Notes: a model not told the origin generated them from the letters alone. Shown: positions 1-9,347, counted from the stretch's first letter. The stretch is DNA of 64,000 nt from an uncultured Solirubrobacterales bacterium (GCA_963785435.1 CAWAVE010000008.1:178191-242190); one strand, 5' to 3'. Made by a program: numbers and translations.

Positions 1-9
1 GCGACGAAG

Positions 10-255
10 ATGACGGCCGTGGCGACGCACCGCAGCGAGAGCCAGCTCGTAGAGGATGCGCTGCGCGCGTATGTCGTGGATGAGGGGCGCGGCGACGCCG
101 CGCGTGAGGACATGCGCCAGCTCCTTGACGAGTTGCGTGCGCGTCCCGAGCTAAACGACTTGGACGATGAGCAGTCGATGGCGCTCGCGGTTAGCGAGAC
201 TCGCGCGGTCAGACGCGAGCGGGCCGCCAAGGACCGAGGTCGCCCGGCCGGGTGA
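10..255 (+). CDS. type II antitoxin, ribbon-helix-helix/VapB-like (81 aa)
   Basis: Small ORF directly upstream of, and overlapping by 4 nt (252-255), a PIN-domain ORF; N-terminal RSESQLVEDALRAYV pattern typical of RHH antitoxins. Confidence 0.55.
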   Translation: MTAVATHRSESQLVEDALRAYVVDEGRGDAAREDMRQLLDELRARPELNDLDDEQSMALAVSETRAVRRERAAKDRGRPAG

Positions 256-680
256 CGACTGCTCTGCGGGCAGTGGCGGATGTCAACGTCCTCGTCCCGG
301 CGGCTCGCACGCCGAACGGGCTCTGCGGACGGCTGCTTGATGCGGCGATAGACGGGCGCTGGCGACCCGTGATCTCGCTAACATTGGTCCAAGAGCTTGA
401 GGATGTGCTCGCCCGACCGAAGTTCAGGGGTGTGCTTGGCCAGGAGACCACGGATCGCTTCCTCACGCGATTGCTCTCGATCTCGGAGTGGGCGCAAGAC
501 CCAAAGGGAGCGCCCGCCGCATTGACACGCGACCCCGACGATGACTATCTGCTCGCGCTTGCGCAAGCCAGCAACGTCGATGTGCTCGTCTCCGGAGATC
601 GCCATTTGACCGATCTCACAGACACACAGCCGCCGATCGAGACGCCAATGCAGTTCTCACAGCGCCTGGCTGAGCTATAG
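252..680 (+). CDS. vapC: PIN-domain ribonuclease toxin (VapC-like), 142 aa
   Basis: GTG start overlapping antitoxin stop; PIN hallmarks: N-terminal VADVNVLV (Asp), later acidic residues DDDYLLALA ... VLVSGD. Confidence 0.7.
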   Translation: MTTALRAVADVNVLVPAARTPNGLCGRLLDAAIDGRWRPVISLTLVQELEDVLARPKFRGVLGQETTDRFLTRLLSISEWAQDPKGAPAALTRDPDDDYLLALAQASNVDVLVSGDRHLTDLTDTQPPIETPMQFSQRLAEL

Positions 681-2411
681 CCGGATCTCGATCTGGGGGG
701 TGTCATTCGAGGGTTCGAGTCCCGTCGCTCCCGCCATTCGACCTATGTACGAACCCCGGCCCCGAAAATCGGGGTCGTGGTCGTCTTGGAGGGTTCCGGC
801 CTTATTTTGGGGCGCCCTGGGCCGTTTCTGGCCCGTGTGGGGGCGTTCCTTGGTCTCGCGCAGCTCTTGGATGAGCCGCGCGATGGTCTCATAGAGCGGT
901 GTTCGCTCTGCCTGGATGTTGTCGGGGTCTGAGACTACGAGCGCGAGAAACACGGCTTGGTTGACGAGCCGTCGGGCGCTCTCTGGCAGCGCCTCGTAGA
1001 TGACCTTCTCGTCCAGGATCGCCAGGGCGTCATCGAGGGCGGCCATCACGTCCTCAACCTCACGCTCGGCGGCGTCCGCCCACTGCTGCGCCTTGGCGCG
1101 CTCAGTCTCGATGCGCTCTTGCTCGGCCTTCAAGACCTCCTCGGAGACGCCGCCTTTGTAGTAGAGCTGCACGAGCTTCTGCTGCTCGCCGGTCAGGTCG
1201 TGCAGCCTGCGGGTGTGGCGGGCTGACTCACGGCGGGCAATCTCGCTCTTGGACTGCACGTAAGAGCGCAGGGCCTCACGGACTTCGTTTTGCTCGCTGG
1301 TTTTGTAGGTCTCGCGCTTGTAACGGCGCACGATCGCGCGTTCGGTGCGATCTACCGGGAAGTACGGCGCGGCGCACTGTTCCTCGCGTTGTACGCGGCT
1401 GAGGCAGGAGAAGTATTCGTACTGCCCGCCGCATTTGCCACGGTGGCGCCCGTAGCCGAGACGCTTCCCGCAGATACAGAAAATCGTGCCCTTGAGGTAG
1501 TGGTGGTGTTTGTGGGAGCGGTCTCCGCTGATGCGGTGGCTGTCGAGGACCTTCTGCACCTGATCGAAGGTGGCACGGTCGATCAGGGCGTCGTGGCGGC
1601 CCTTACCCTTCACGCCGTTGTGGGTGACTACACCCACGTAGTAGTCATCACGGAGCATCCGGTGGACCATGCTGCGCGTCATCGGTTTGCTCGGGCGCTT
1701 GAAGCTGCCACGCGTGCGCATCCCGGCACTCTCAAGAACGTCCGTGATCGTCGTGATGGTGTGGTCGCCGGTGGCGGCGAGATCGAACGCGAGCTGGACA
1801 TAATGAGCGCGGTCATCATCAACGGCGATTGCTGCGACCTCGCGGCCGGCCACGTTTTCGCGGACGTTCAGGTAGCCGATGCGGGCAACGCCGACAGTGC
1901 CACCATCGAGGAACTTACGTTCCAGGCCGACCTTGACCTTCTGTCCGTCGTCACGCGAGCGGAAGGCGTTGACCCCGGCCATGATCGCGAACAGCAGGAG
2001 TCCTTGGGGGCTGTCATCGACCGGCTCACGGGTGGACGTCAGCTTCGCGCCGTGGCTCTTGACCTGAGCCAGCAACCAAAAGGCGTCAGACTCCTCACGG
2101 GCGACCCGCGAGAGGTCATAGAAGATGACATAGGTCGGGCGTACCTCGCCAAGCTCTGAAAGCATCTGCTGGAGCGCCTGACGGCGGGTGTTGGTTCCAG
2201 TTCTACCAGGCTCGACATACTCACGAACGATACGCGCACCCAGTGAGGCGGCGTAGCGTTCGCAGGCTTGGCGCTGCGCCTCGATCGAGTACCCCTCTGG
2301 GTTATGCCCCGTGAGCTGCCCGGTGCTCGAAACACGCAGATAGATCACCGCCGTGATCTCCGACTCGAAGTCGAGCACATTAATTGGTGCTTCCTGCGTC
2401 AGTACGGTCAC
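675..2411 (-). CDS. large serine recombinase (integrase), 578 aa
   Basis: N-terminal resolvase catalytic domain (VIYLRVSSTGQ), recombinase domain, zinc-ribbon Cys cluster (CICGKRLGYGRHRGKCGG...FSC), coiled-coil C-terminus. Confidence 0.9.
   Translation of the reverse strand: MTVLTQEAPINVLDFESEITAVIYLRVSSTGQLTGHNPEGYSIEAQRQACERYAASLGARIVREYVEPGRTGTNTRRQALQQMLSELGEVRPTYVIFYDLSRVAREESDAFWLLAQVKSHGAKLTSTREPVDDSPQGLLLFAIMAGVNAFRSRDDGQKVKVGLERKFLDGGTVGVARIGYLNVRENVAGREVAAIAVDDDRAHYVQLAFDLAATGDHTITTITDVLESAGMRTRGSFKRPSKPMTRSMVHRMLRDDYYVGVVTHNGVKGKGRHDALIDRATFDQVQKVLDSHRISGDRSHKHHHYLKGTIFCICGKRLGYGRHRGKCGGQYEYFSCLSRVQREEQCAAPYFPVDRTERAIVRRYKRETYKTSEQNEVREALRSYVQSKSEIARRESARHTRRLHDLTGEQQKLVQLYYKGGVSEEVLKAEQERIETERAKAQQWADAAEREVEDVMAALDDALAILDEKVIYEALPESARRLVNQAVFLALVVSDPDNIQAERTPLYETIARLIQELRETKERPHTGQKRPRAPQNKAGTLQDDHDPDFRGRGSYIGRMAGATGLEPSNDTPQIEIRL
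700..746 (+). other. tRNA 3'-end-like fragment (T-loop GGTTCGAGTCC + acceptor strand CGCTCCC + G + CCA) with no 5' half: putative att core / integration-site remnant
   Basis: Sequence tcattcgagggttcgagtcccgtcgctcccgcca matches the canonical T-arm/acceptor/CCA layout but no D-arm/anticodon arm precedes it; lies inside the 3' end of the recombinase ORF; related copies at 20.4-20.75 kb and 29.72 kb. Confidence 0.45.
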
Positions 2412-2794
2412 ATATCCTCGTTTCTGTTGGGTAGTTGCCTGCTATCGCACGGCATCGTGAGCGAGGCTCCTTGACGCCGAATGCGTTTCCAGAGCCGCTG
2501 TTCAAGCTCCTGATTGCGCGCCAGCCTGTACGGGTCGGAAATCACGACACGGCGGATGCGCCCGTCCGATAGGTCATGCATCAATTGGTCAAGCGCGGGG
2601 CGGCACTCGGCCAAGCCGGACACGCCGACATCGGCATAGATAGCGCTAAGACGCAGTCCGAGAGCGTGCGCGTGCTGCTCGCAGGCTCGGTGCTGTCGCT
2701 CCAGGTCAATGCGGGTGCTTCGGTGATCGACGGTTGCCGTCCGCATGTAGGCGACGATCAAGGATTTAGTTGGTCTTTTCTGGATATCGTTCAT
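2408..2794 (-). CDS. resolvase N-terminal-domain-only protein (128 aa) with catalytic Ser replaced (YMRTATVDH instead of YxRVSTxxQ); probably catalytically inactive
   Basis: Alignment by eye to the resolvase catalytic domain of the adjacent recombinase; overlaps recombinase start by 4 nt (operon); AT-richer promoter-like region upstream (2795-2920). Confidence 0.55.
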   Translation of the reverse strand: MNDIQKRPTKSLIVAYMRTATVDHRSTRIDLERQHRACEQHAHALGLRLSAIYADVGVSGLAECRPALDQLMHDLSDGRIRRVVISDPYRLARNQELEQRLWKRIRRQGASLTMPCDSRQLPNRNEDM

Positions 2795-2920
2795 GCTTTT
2801 ACCTCCTTTTCTTGGTTAATTTGGCTTAACGATTTTCCCGTTAAGTCGTGATTTAAGCAACCTGTTAATTGGTGCTGCGAGCCGGTCAAGGTGTGTAACC
2901 CCGACCGACCCGCGTTTGTG

Positions 2921-3301
2921 TCACTTCAGCGCCTCCAAGCGCTCGGTGATGGCCTTCTTCCTCTCGGCGGCGCTGCCTTTGAGCGCTTCGTACTCCGACT
3001 TGGCCTCCTCGGCTCTGGATTTGGCGGCCTCGACCTCCCGGTCGATTGAGTCAATCGCCCGTTCGAGCGCTGCTCTTGCGTCAGCCAGCGCGTCATCGGG
3101 TGTCGTCTCACGGCGGCGGGTGCGTGGTTTGCTCTCGCCGCCCTCGAGCTTCTTCTTGTGGGAGTAGTAGGACCCGCGAACCGAATCGAAGGGCCTGCCG
3201 GTCTCCTCGGCGATCTGGCGGAAGGCGTCGGCCTTCTCGGTGCCGGCGGCGATCATCGCCTCGATCTGGTCGTATATCTCTTGGGCCTTGGTTACTGCCA
3301 T
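2921..3301 (-). CDS. hypothetical coiled-coil protein (126 aa)
   Basis: Internal ATG at 3299-3301 preceded by AAAGGAGAA RBS; Lys/Glu/Ala-rich heptad-like C-terminus; upstream part of the longer ORF has no RBS. Confidence 0.5.
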   Translation of the reverse strand: MAVTKAQEIYDQIEAMIAAGTEKADAFRQIAEETGRPFDSVRGSYYSHKKKLEGGESKPRTRRRETTPDDALADARAALERAIDSIDREVEAAKSRAEEAKSEYEALKGSAAERKKAITERLEALK

Positions 3302-3473
3302 GCGTGTTCTCCTTTGGGTTGAATGACCTTGGCGGCAGACAGAAAGACCTGGGTCCTTCCGCCCACCACAGGGCCATCCAGGCCGCCGGAGGCGCCGACA
3401 CTGAGTCGGCAAGATTGGTCTGCCGTGCTCATCGCGGCGCCTCCGGTTAGGCTCGTCTGGGCCACTCGAGGGC

Positions 3474-3854
3474 TTAGTCGTCCTCGGTCATGGCTTCCAG
3501 CGGAATGGTGCCCGCCTGACCTAGATGCCAGGCCACCTCAAAGCGGTCGGTATCGAAGTCGGCCAGCACGTCCAGTGACGTAACGATCAGGTAGTCAAGC
3601 TCATGCACTCTGGCGAGCTCCACGGCCTGATACAAACCAGGTCGCACAAACCGAAATTCACGGATGTCCACGAACTCACCGACCACTTCGGCCTTGAGCC
3701 TCGCCGCTTCTCGACGACAGAGTTCCCCTTGCCGAGCAACCGACAGTTCGGTGACGCCGTGTTTTGGGTTTGGTTCGCACATGTAGATAACGGCTCGCCA
3801 GACCTTTGGCTCCTCCTGACTGCGTTCGTCACTGTTGCGTCTTTCGAAATTCAT
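3474..3854 (-). CDS. resolvase-like domain protein lacking catalytic serine (127 aa)
   Basis: ATG at 3852-3854 with AAGGGAGA RBS; sequence AVIYMCEPNP..LSVARQ..LIVTSLD resembles resolvase N-domain topology but YxRVS motif is CEPN. Confidence 0.45.
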   Translation of the reverse strand: MNFERRNSDERSQEEPKVWRAVIYMCEPNPKHGVTELSVARQGELCRREAARLKAEVVGEFVDIREFRFVRPGLYQAVELARVHELDYLIVTSLDVLADFDTDRFEVAWHLGQAGTIPLEAMTEDD

Positions 3855-3922
3855 CTCTGATATCTCCCTTCTGCAAGACCTCCTTTTGTTGTTATGGGTT
3901 TCAGGGGGCTGCCGGCCCTGCT

Positions 3923-4933
3923 TCATGGCAGTACCTCCTGCTGTGCCGCTACTTCGGCCCAGTGGGTGAGGCGGGCGCAAGCGATGTCGACGTACTCTGG
4001 CTCCCGCTCAATTCCGAGGAACTGTCGTCCCTCGAGTACCGCTGCCGCGCCGGTGGAACCGCTGCCGGTGAACGGGTCAAGCACCATGCCGCCGGGCGGC
4101 GTCACCAATGCCACCAACCAACGCATCAACTCGATGGGCTTGACGGTGCGGTGAATGTTGCGCCGCAACCGTGGCGGGTGGTCGCGGCCGGTGTAGATCT
4201 GTACCGACTGTGTCGGGATCTGTTCGCACCCGGCTTCTCGCTCGTCCCGAGACGCCTTGGCGCAAAAGAACATCCGACTCAAGTTCTCCCGTTCACCGTC
4301 AAGCAGCTTCGCGGGACATTCGGCAACGCATCCTGCCTCGGTGCAGTTGCGAGCGTGGGAGAGCGTGAGGTGTGCGGGCCAGTATCCGTTCGTTCGCGTC
4401 GCCTCGATATTCAAGGTTCCAGTGCCCCACCGGGCACGGTTGCGGGCGGCCGTGCCGACGAACGGCGAGCGAGCCATCAAGATCGGCTCGAATGCGGGCT
4501 TGAGCGCGGTGCCGAGTCCGTTTGGCCAACGCCGGGATTTCGGTAGTCCTTGGGCGTAGAGCCACAACAACTGGTCGCGCACTTCAAGCCCGGCGTCCTC
4601 GATTCCACAGACGAGGCGGTGGAAGGTGCGCGGAGCCCCGAACGCGATCAGGTGCCCACCCGGCTTCAATACCCGCCGAGCTTCGTTGGTCCACACCCGC
4701 GTCCAACGCTCAAACACCTCACTGGCAGCCACATGCTCCTGGCCGCTGACGGCTCGGCGGATATCCGCACCGTCCCAGGCTTCCCCGCCGAAGTCGATCC
4801 CATACGGCGGATCGGTCACGATCGCGTCGACGCAGGCGTCGGGAAGTTTGGCGAGCGTCATCAGCGCGTCGGCCTCGAGCAACCGCCAAACCTCGCTGCT
4901 ATCGGAGTAGAGGGAGAGCTTGGGCGTACTCAC
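3923..4933 (-). CDS. DNA methyltransferase (N6-adenine/N4-cytosine, beta-class order: motif IV DPPY before motif I FTGSGS), 336 aa
   Basis: TDPPYG motif IV near N-terminus and LDPFTGSGSTG motif I near C-terminus; Cys-rich insert; GTG start overlaps stop of upstream gene; no adjacent restriction enzyme gene seen. Confidence 0.85.
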   Translation of the reverse strand: MSTPKLSLYSDSSEVWRLLEADALMTLAKLPDACVDAIVTDPPYGIDFGGEAWDGADIRRAVSGQEHVAASEVFERWTRVWTNEARRVLKPGGHLIAFGAPRTFHRLVCGIEDAGLEVRDQLLWLYAQGLPKSRRWPNGLGTALKPAFEPILMARSPFVGTAARNRARWGTGTLNIEATRTNGYWPAHLTLSHARNCTEAGCVAECPAKLLDGERENLSRMFFCAKASRDEREAGCEQIPTQSVQIYTGRDHPPRLRRNIHRTVKPIELMRWLVALVTPPGGMVLDPFTGSGSTGAAAVLEGRQFLGIEREPEYVDIACARLTHWAEVAAQQEVLP

Positions 4934-5838
4934 GAGCTCGCCCCGCTCGTCAGGAGCGCCAGCGCATCAGTGGTAGTGGCGACCACGAACAGACGGTGGG
5001 CGGCAGCCGGTAGCTGCGTGAGCGTCTCGCGGACGGCCTCGGCGCGATCCTCGCCCGGCACGATCCAGAGCACGCGGGGGAACACGCCACGGGCGGCCTG
5101 CTCGGTGCCGGTACGGAAGTAGTCGTGGTATCTGGCGGCTTTGGCTTTGACGGTCGAGAGCGCCTCGGTCGCCATGTCGGCCTCGATGAACCACGAGAAC
5201 TCGTAGTCGCCACGGGCGAGCTTCACGAAGGAATCGGGCTTGAGTACCTGCCGGGCGCCGAACCCGACCATGTAGGGACGCCAACACTCCGGCTCCGGCT
5301 CGAACCGGATCAACTCAGCCTGTTCCTGGCGCTCTGAGGCGACCAGGTCGACGTAGAGCTGGGTCACGGCCAGCGTGTGCGCGAGATAGCGCGCTCCTGG
5401 AGTGTGCGCCCGACGTACTCGCCGCTTTGACGGCACCACAGCTTGCAAGAGGTACTGTCCGGCCCGTCCCACGGCGAAGGTGGTACTGGCGCTCCCTGAG
5501 CGCACGCCACCGACCCGACGCGCGAGCGGCTGGAGCACGTCTAGCCGAGATAGGCGAGCCAGTCCCCGCCGTGCCACCCGTGCGCGAGCGTTCGGGGAGA
5601 CCTCATCCCACAACAGGGCTTGCAGTTGGGCTCCACTCATCACCCGGAAGCGGCTGACCAGCCGCAGCGCTTCATGGTCACGATGGGAGAGCTGCTCGGA
5701 GATGGCGGCTAGCTGGCGGGGAGACAAGCGCCTGGGAGGAGGCAGGTCTTTCGTTGGCGTAAGGCTCGCGGAACCCGCACCACTAGGCGACTTCAAGGCT
5801 CGGCTACTCGACGCGAGCGGATCAGCGAGCGGATTCAC
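4930..5838 (-). CDS. replication-relaxation family protein (putative relaxase-like), 302 aa
   Basis: Family recognised from overall sequence pattern and from its translational coupling (4-nt overlap) with the coupling-protein-like ATPase, as typical of actinobacterial integrative elements; family call moderate. Confidence 0.55.
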   Translation of the reverse strand: MNPLADPLASSSRALKSPSGAGSASLTPTKDLPPPRRLSPRQLAAISEQLSHRDHEALRLVSRFRVMSGAQLQALLWDEVSPNARARVARRGLARLSRLDVLQPLARRVGGVRSGSASTTFAVGRAGQYLLQAVVPSKRRVRRAHTPGARYLAHTLAVTQLYVDLVASERQEQAELIRFEPEPECWRPYMVGFGARQVLKPDSFVKLARGDYEFSWFIEADMATEALSTVKAKAARYHDYFRTGTEQAARGVFPRVLWIVPGEDRAEAVRETLTQLPAAAHRLFVVATTTDALALLTSGASS

Positions 5839-8006
5839 GCCTGCCTCCTTCGAGAACCGACGAGATCGTCGCCTTCATCGGCGCGGGGCTGCTCTTGGCG
5901 GTCAGTGTTCGGTGGCATTGGCGTGCTGCCAAAGAGGAGCGCTGAGCGGTCACGGATCGCGGCGCCTTGGCCGGTCTTTGCTGGCAGTGGCTCGGTGCGG
6001 CCGGTCACGACTGCGACCGAGCTACCCGTCCCGGTGCCGACACGTGCCGCGACCTCGAAGCGCCCCAGGGCCATCAGGTCATCCCCCGAGATACCGGGTA
6101 GCTCCCGTGCGATGGTCGCGGCTTCGATCGCTCCCGCTCTGAAGCTGACCAGCGTCGCCAGGTTCCCGAGCAGCGCCGAACGGGTCGGCTCCGGCACCCG
6201 GCCCAAGGTCTGCACCGCCACGGTCAGGCTGGCTCCGAGCCCGCGTGCCCGCTCGGCGATCAGCTCAAGGTTGCTCGGCAGACCGTTGACGATCGTCGCG
6301 GTCTCATCCACATAGATGTTGAGTAGGTGCCGCCGCTCAGGTGGCAACGCCACCCGTGCCTCGATCGCGGCCCAGGTCGCACTCATCACCGCCGAGCCGA
6401 CCAGAGTCGCAGCCTCGCCAAGCGTCCCTGGCGCCAGCGACACCAACAGGAATCGCTTCTCGGCCAGCAACCGCCCGATATCCAGCTTGGGATCACGGCT
6501 CGCGATGACGGCCCGCACTCGTGGACGCGCCAGCAACGCCATCGTCCGAGAGAGCGGAGCCTGTACCACGTCCACCTTGGCCGCCGGCGATAGCGCCTCG
6601 TAGTTCTGCCACGAGTCACGCAGGAACCCATCGCTGAGCTTTGCCACAGCCGCGCGACGGTAAGACTCGTCCGCGAACAGCCGACCAAGATCCATCAACG
6701 TCGCGCCGGGAACCTCGCTTAGCGTCCTGATCCCGAGCCGCCCGAAGGTCTCCGAGCGGATACCCCACTCAGGCACCAGCGACTTCAACGTCCTGATCAG
6801 AGCGTCCGCGCGAGCGTCCGGATCGCCGCCGTGCAGCACATCCAAACCAGGCGTAGGCCGCGTGTCGTCTCCTGCGTCAAGCACCACGATCCGCTCGGCG
6901 TGCTCGCGCGGGACACGCTCAAGGACGGTGTCGATCAGGTCGCCCTTCGGATCGATGACCACGCCGCCGTGACCGGCCTGAATGTCGCTGAGAATGGAGT
7001 TAGCTAGAAGTACGCTCTTGCCGACACCGCTCGGCCCGACTACGGCTACGTGGTGGGTCGCGGCCTCATCCGAAAGCGCTACCGGCCGCTCGCCGCTCCA
7101 ATCCCTCGCGATGAACAACCGCCGACCGGTGCGGGCGAGCCTGCGCGTCGCCAGGATCTCCGGCGAGCCGACCTCCACTCCCGGCACCGCCTCAGAACCC
7201 AGCACCCCGAGCAGCGGAAGCATCTCCGCAGTAGATAGCCAGCCTGATGTGCGCCCGACCTTCGGGAGCGCGGCCAGCGTGCGGTTGCCACGCTCATAGG
7301 TAGCTCGGACGCCGCCGGTGAGACCCCGACGACTACGCAGCACGTTCTCGACGTGCGAGGCCAACTCGCGAGCGCGAGCCTTAGTTGCAGCCCGAATGAG
7401 GACCAATCCGCTGACCCTCAACCCTTTGGTGGCGGTCTTTGCCGCCCAGGCTCGGGCGATCTCCCGCTGTCGTGATGTCGGCTCCTCCACCTGCCGTCGA
7501 GAGGGAGCACTACCGGGCGAGAGCGCCCAACGGATAACGACCGTCTCATCTCTGCGCAGTCCAGCTAGGCCGGTCAGCAGGGAGCGCGAAGCCGCGACGG
7601 CGTTGTCTGTCTTGAGGATGCTCGTGGGAACGAACAGCCGCAGACTCAGCGTGGAGGCATCACTTGGCGAAGGTGACGCCTCGCTGATGCGCAAACTCGG
7701 GATGACGCCGGTCAGGCTCGCGCGGACCGATTCACGCGACGCCTCGGGTACGAGCAAGCAGTGGGTAATGGAGCCCTCGCTTGCCACTAGCTCGGCAACC
7801 AGCTCGGTGGTATAGGGCAGACCGCCAGCTAGCCCATCCCAAGCGGCGGATACCTGCGCCGCCTCAAGGTTCATCGGGTAGCGAGTGGACAAACGGACCC
7901 GGTTGGCGCGCATCGTCTCAGCCTGTGCGTACTCGTGAGCGGCGATCCCGGCAAGCATGGTCGAGCCGCCTCCAGCTGCAACGAGAGCTAGGAGATCAGC
8001 GTTCAT
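5835..8006 (-). CDS. type IV coupling-protein-like / HerA-DUF87-like P-loop ATPase (conjugal DNA transfer family), ~723 aa
   Basis: Walker A VGPSGVGKS followed by DPKGD (DUF87/HerA-like signature), Walker B-like hydrophobic run + DE; start chosen at ATG 8004-8006 (MNADLL), maximal ORF extends to TTG at 8150. Confidence 0.6.
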   Translation of the reverse strand: MNADLLALVAAGGGSTMLAGIAAHEYAQAETMRANRVRLSTRYPMNLEAAQVSAAWDGLAGGLPYTTELVAELVASEGSITHCLLVPEASRESVRASLTGVIPSLRISEASPSPSDASTLSLRLFVPTSILKTDNAVAASRSLLTGLAGLRRDETVVIRWALSPGSAPSRRQVEEPTSRQREIARAWAAKTATKGLRVSGLVLIRAATKARARELASHVENVLRSRRGLTGGVRATYERGNRTLAALPKVGRTSGWLSTAEMLPLLGVLGSEAVPGVEVGSPEILATRRLARTGRRLFIARDWSGERPVALSDEAATHHVAVVGPSGVGKSVLLANSILSDIQAGHGGVVIDPKGDLIDTVLERVPREHAERIVVLDAGDDTRPTPGLDVLHGGDPDARADALIRTLKSLVPEWGIRSETFGRLGIRTLSEVPGATLMDLGRLFADESYRRAAVAKLSDGFLRDSWQNYEALSPAAKVDVVQAPLSRTMALLARPRVRAVIASRDPKLDIGRLLAEKRFLLVSLAPGTLGEAATLVGSAVMSATWAAIEARVALPPERRHLLNIYVDETATIVNGLPSNLELIAERARGLGASLTVAVQTLGRVPEPTRSALLGNLATLVSFRAGAIEAATIARELPGISGDDLMALGRFEVAARVGTGTGSSVAVVTGRTEPLPAKTGQGAAIRDRSALLFGSTPMPPNTDRQEQPRADEGDDLVGSRRRQA

Positions 8007-8372
8007 GGCCACCCGCGCTTTCCCGGTGCTGCCGCTTACCAGGAGAGGGAGCCGGACGTGTGGGTTTATCCTTCGCCGCGCGTTCCCGGCGCTGCTGAAC
8101 CAACCGCTTCCCCTGCAAAAAATAGACATAGGCAAGGAGATCAGTATCAATCTCCGTACGCCTAATCCCCTTGATATGAATTCTCCGTGCCATAAGTAAT
8201 TGCACCTCCTTTCACTGTGAGTTGTTGTTACATAGCTACCTCCTTGTTCGTGTTTTGTTCGGTATCAAACCTCCTGAGTATTGATCAACTGAAATGCTTG
8301 AGTCAAGGACTTTTTTACGTCACCAGGACTGAATCCGGCTGTGCTTTGGGACAAGGCCGAGCATCGTTTTAG

Positions 8373-8543
8373 CTATCTCGGGCCGGTCAGCCACCACACA
8401 CAGCGCAGCAGACCCACGACAATGCCGCCCACCAAAATGGGGGTAACGAGCGCCCCCGTGAGCCTGATAAGTGCCGGCGTAGCAGCGGCGAGAACGGCCA
8501 GCCCGATCACGCCGAGCAGCACCACTTGGATCAGCTTGTTCAC
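8373..8543 (-). CDS. small hydrophobic membrane protein (~56 aa), not in ORF track (below cutoff)
   Basis: GTG start overlaps TGA stop of upstream gene (GTGA coupling), GGAGG RBS 9 nt upstream; translation VNKLIQVVLLGVIGLAVLAAATPALIRLTGALVTPILVGGIVVGLL is two hydrophobic helices. Confidence 0.35.
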   Translation of the reverse strand: MNKLIQVVLLGVIGLAVLAAATPALIRLTGALVTPILVGGIVVGLLRCVWWLTGPR

Positions 8544-8839
8544 TGCCTAACCTCCACGGCGGTGCCCTCGATAACGTCACCGTCATCGAAACTCCGGTGA
8601 GTGCGCGCAGCGTCCAGCATGTCGTGGATCGCCTGCCGCCTAATACTGTGGATGGTCTGTTCGGCCCGGTACTGCTCCAGCCGCAAGTTCTGACCGCGAG
8701 ACATCCGCCGCCGCAGCTTGCCGGCGAGCTCCTCGATGGACACGATGGCGACGAACAGGACGCCCCCCGCCACCAGAAAGACCACGCCGGCAGCCAGCAG
8801 CCCAAGGACTACTTCAATCAGGTCACGGAGAATCATCAC
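8540..8839 (-). CDS. hypothetical membrane protein (99 aa)
   Basis: N-terminal TM segment LLAAGVVFLVAGGVLFVAIV; stop/start overlaps link it to a 4-gene minus-strand operon. Confidence 0.5.
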   Translation of the reverse strand: MMILRDLIEVVLGLLAAGVVFLVAGGVLFVAIVSIEELAGKLRRRMSRGQNLRLEQYRAEQTIHSIRRQAIHDMLDAARTHRSFDDGDVIEGTAVEVRQ

Positions 8840-9138
8840 AACTCCCGCCCGGTCCTGGCGACGACCTTGCCCATCGCCAGGCAGGCCGAGTCGGCGATAT
8901 GGCCGAGCCTGCCAGCGGCGGGGGGCGTACGCATGACGAGTGCCGCCTCCAGCCCGCTGACTGCCGAGGCGTTCAATAGCGCCGTCTCGGCTACGTCTGT
9001 GATCATGTCGAGCCGGGCTGATTCCCGTGCCGCCAACACGGAGCCGGCGGCACGGATGAGCGCGATCTCGTTGGCAGCGCGGCGTTCAAACTTTGAGAGG
9101 CCACGCGATGAGGCGAGAACGGGGTGGTTTGGCATCAC
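8836..9138 (-). CDS. hypothetical protein (100 aa)
   Basis: ORF with 4-nt overlaps to both neighbours (operon architecture). Confidence 0.45.
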   Translation of the reverse strand: MMPNHPVLASSRGLSKFERRAANEIALIRAAGSVLAARESARLDMITDVAETALLNASAVSGLEAALVMRTPPAAGRLGHIADSACLAMGKVVARTGREL

Positions 9139-9347
9139 GCCTCACCTCCCAGCAGCCCGTCCGTGAGTTCGGCGACCCACTCCGGGTCGATGCCTTGCTC
9201 GATGGCTACCTGCTTGATCGCGTCGGCCTTCTTGACGCCGAGCGAGACGTAGTGCTTGACCTCGCGGCTCAATACTGCTTCAAGCGCTAGGCGGGTGATG
9301 GGGCGGGGCATTGGGACTCCTTCTGCGTCTACGTTGACAATGACCAA
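9135..9347 (-). CDS. hypothetical small protein (70 aa)
   Basis: First gene of the minus-strand operon; divergent from 9466 gene. Confidence 0.45.
   Translation of the reverse strand: MVIVNVDAEGVPMPRPITRLALEAVLSREVKHYVSLGVKKADAIKQVAIEQGIDPEWVAELTDGLLGGEA

Noticed and set aside
672-746. Complete tRNA gene
   Set aside because: Only the T-arm, acceptor 3' strand and CCA are present. The preceding 40 nt lack D-arm, anticodon arm and a complementary 5' acceptor strand (GGGAGCG).
1290-2159. 289-aa plus-strand ORF inside the serine recombinase gene
   Set aside because: Antisense to a motif-rich recombinase CDS; no RBS; GC-frame artefact.
8320-8805. 161-aa minus-strand ORF
   Set aside because: It overlaps, out of frame, two better-supported small ORFs (8373-8543 and 8540-8839) that show coupling and RBS signals. 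The translation is Cys/Trp/Ser-rich with no features.
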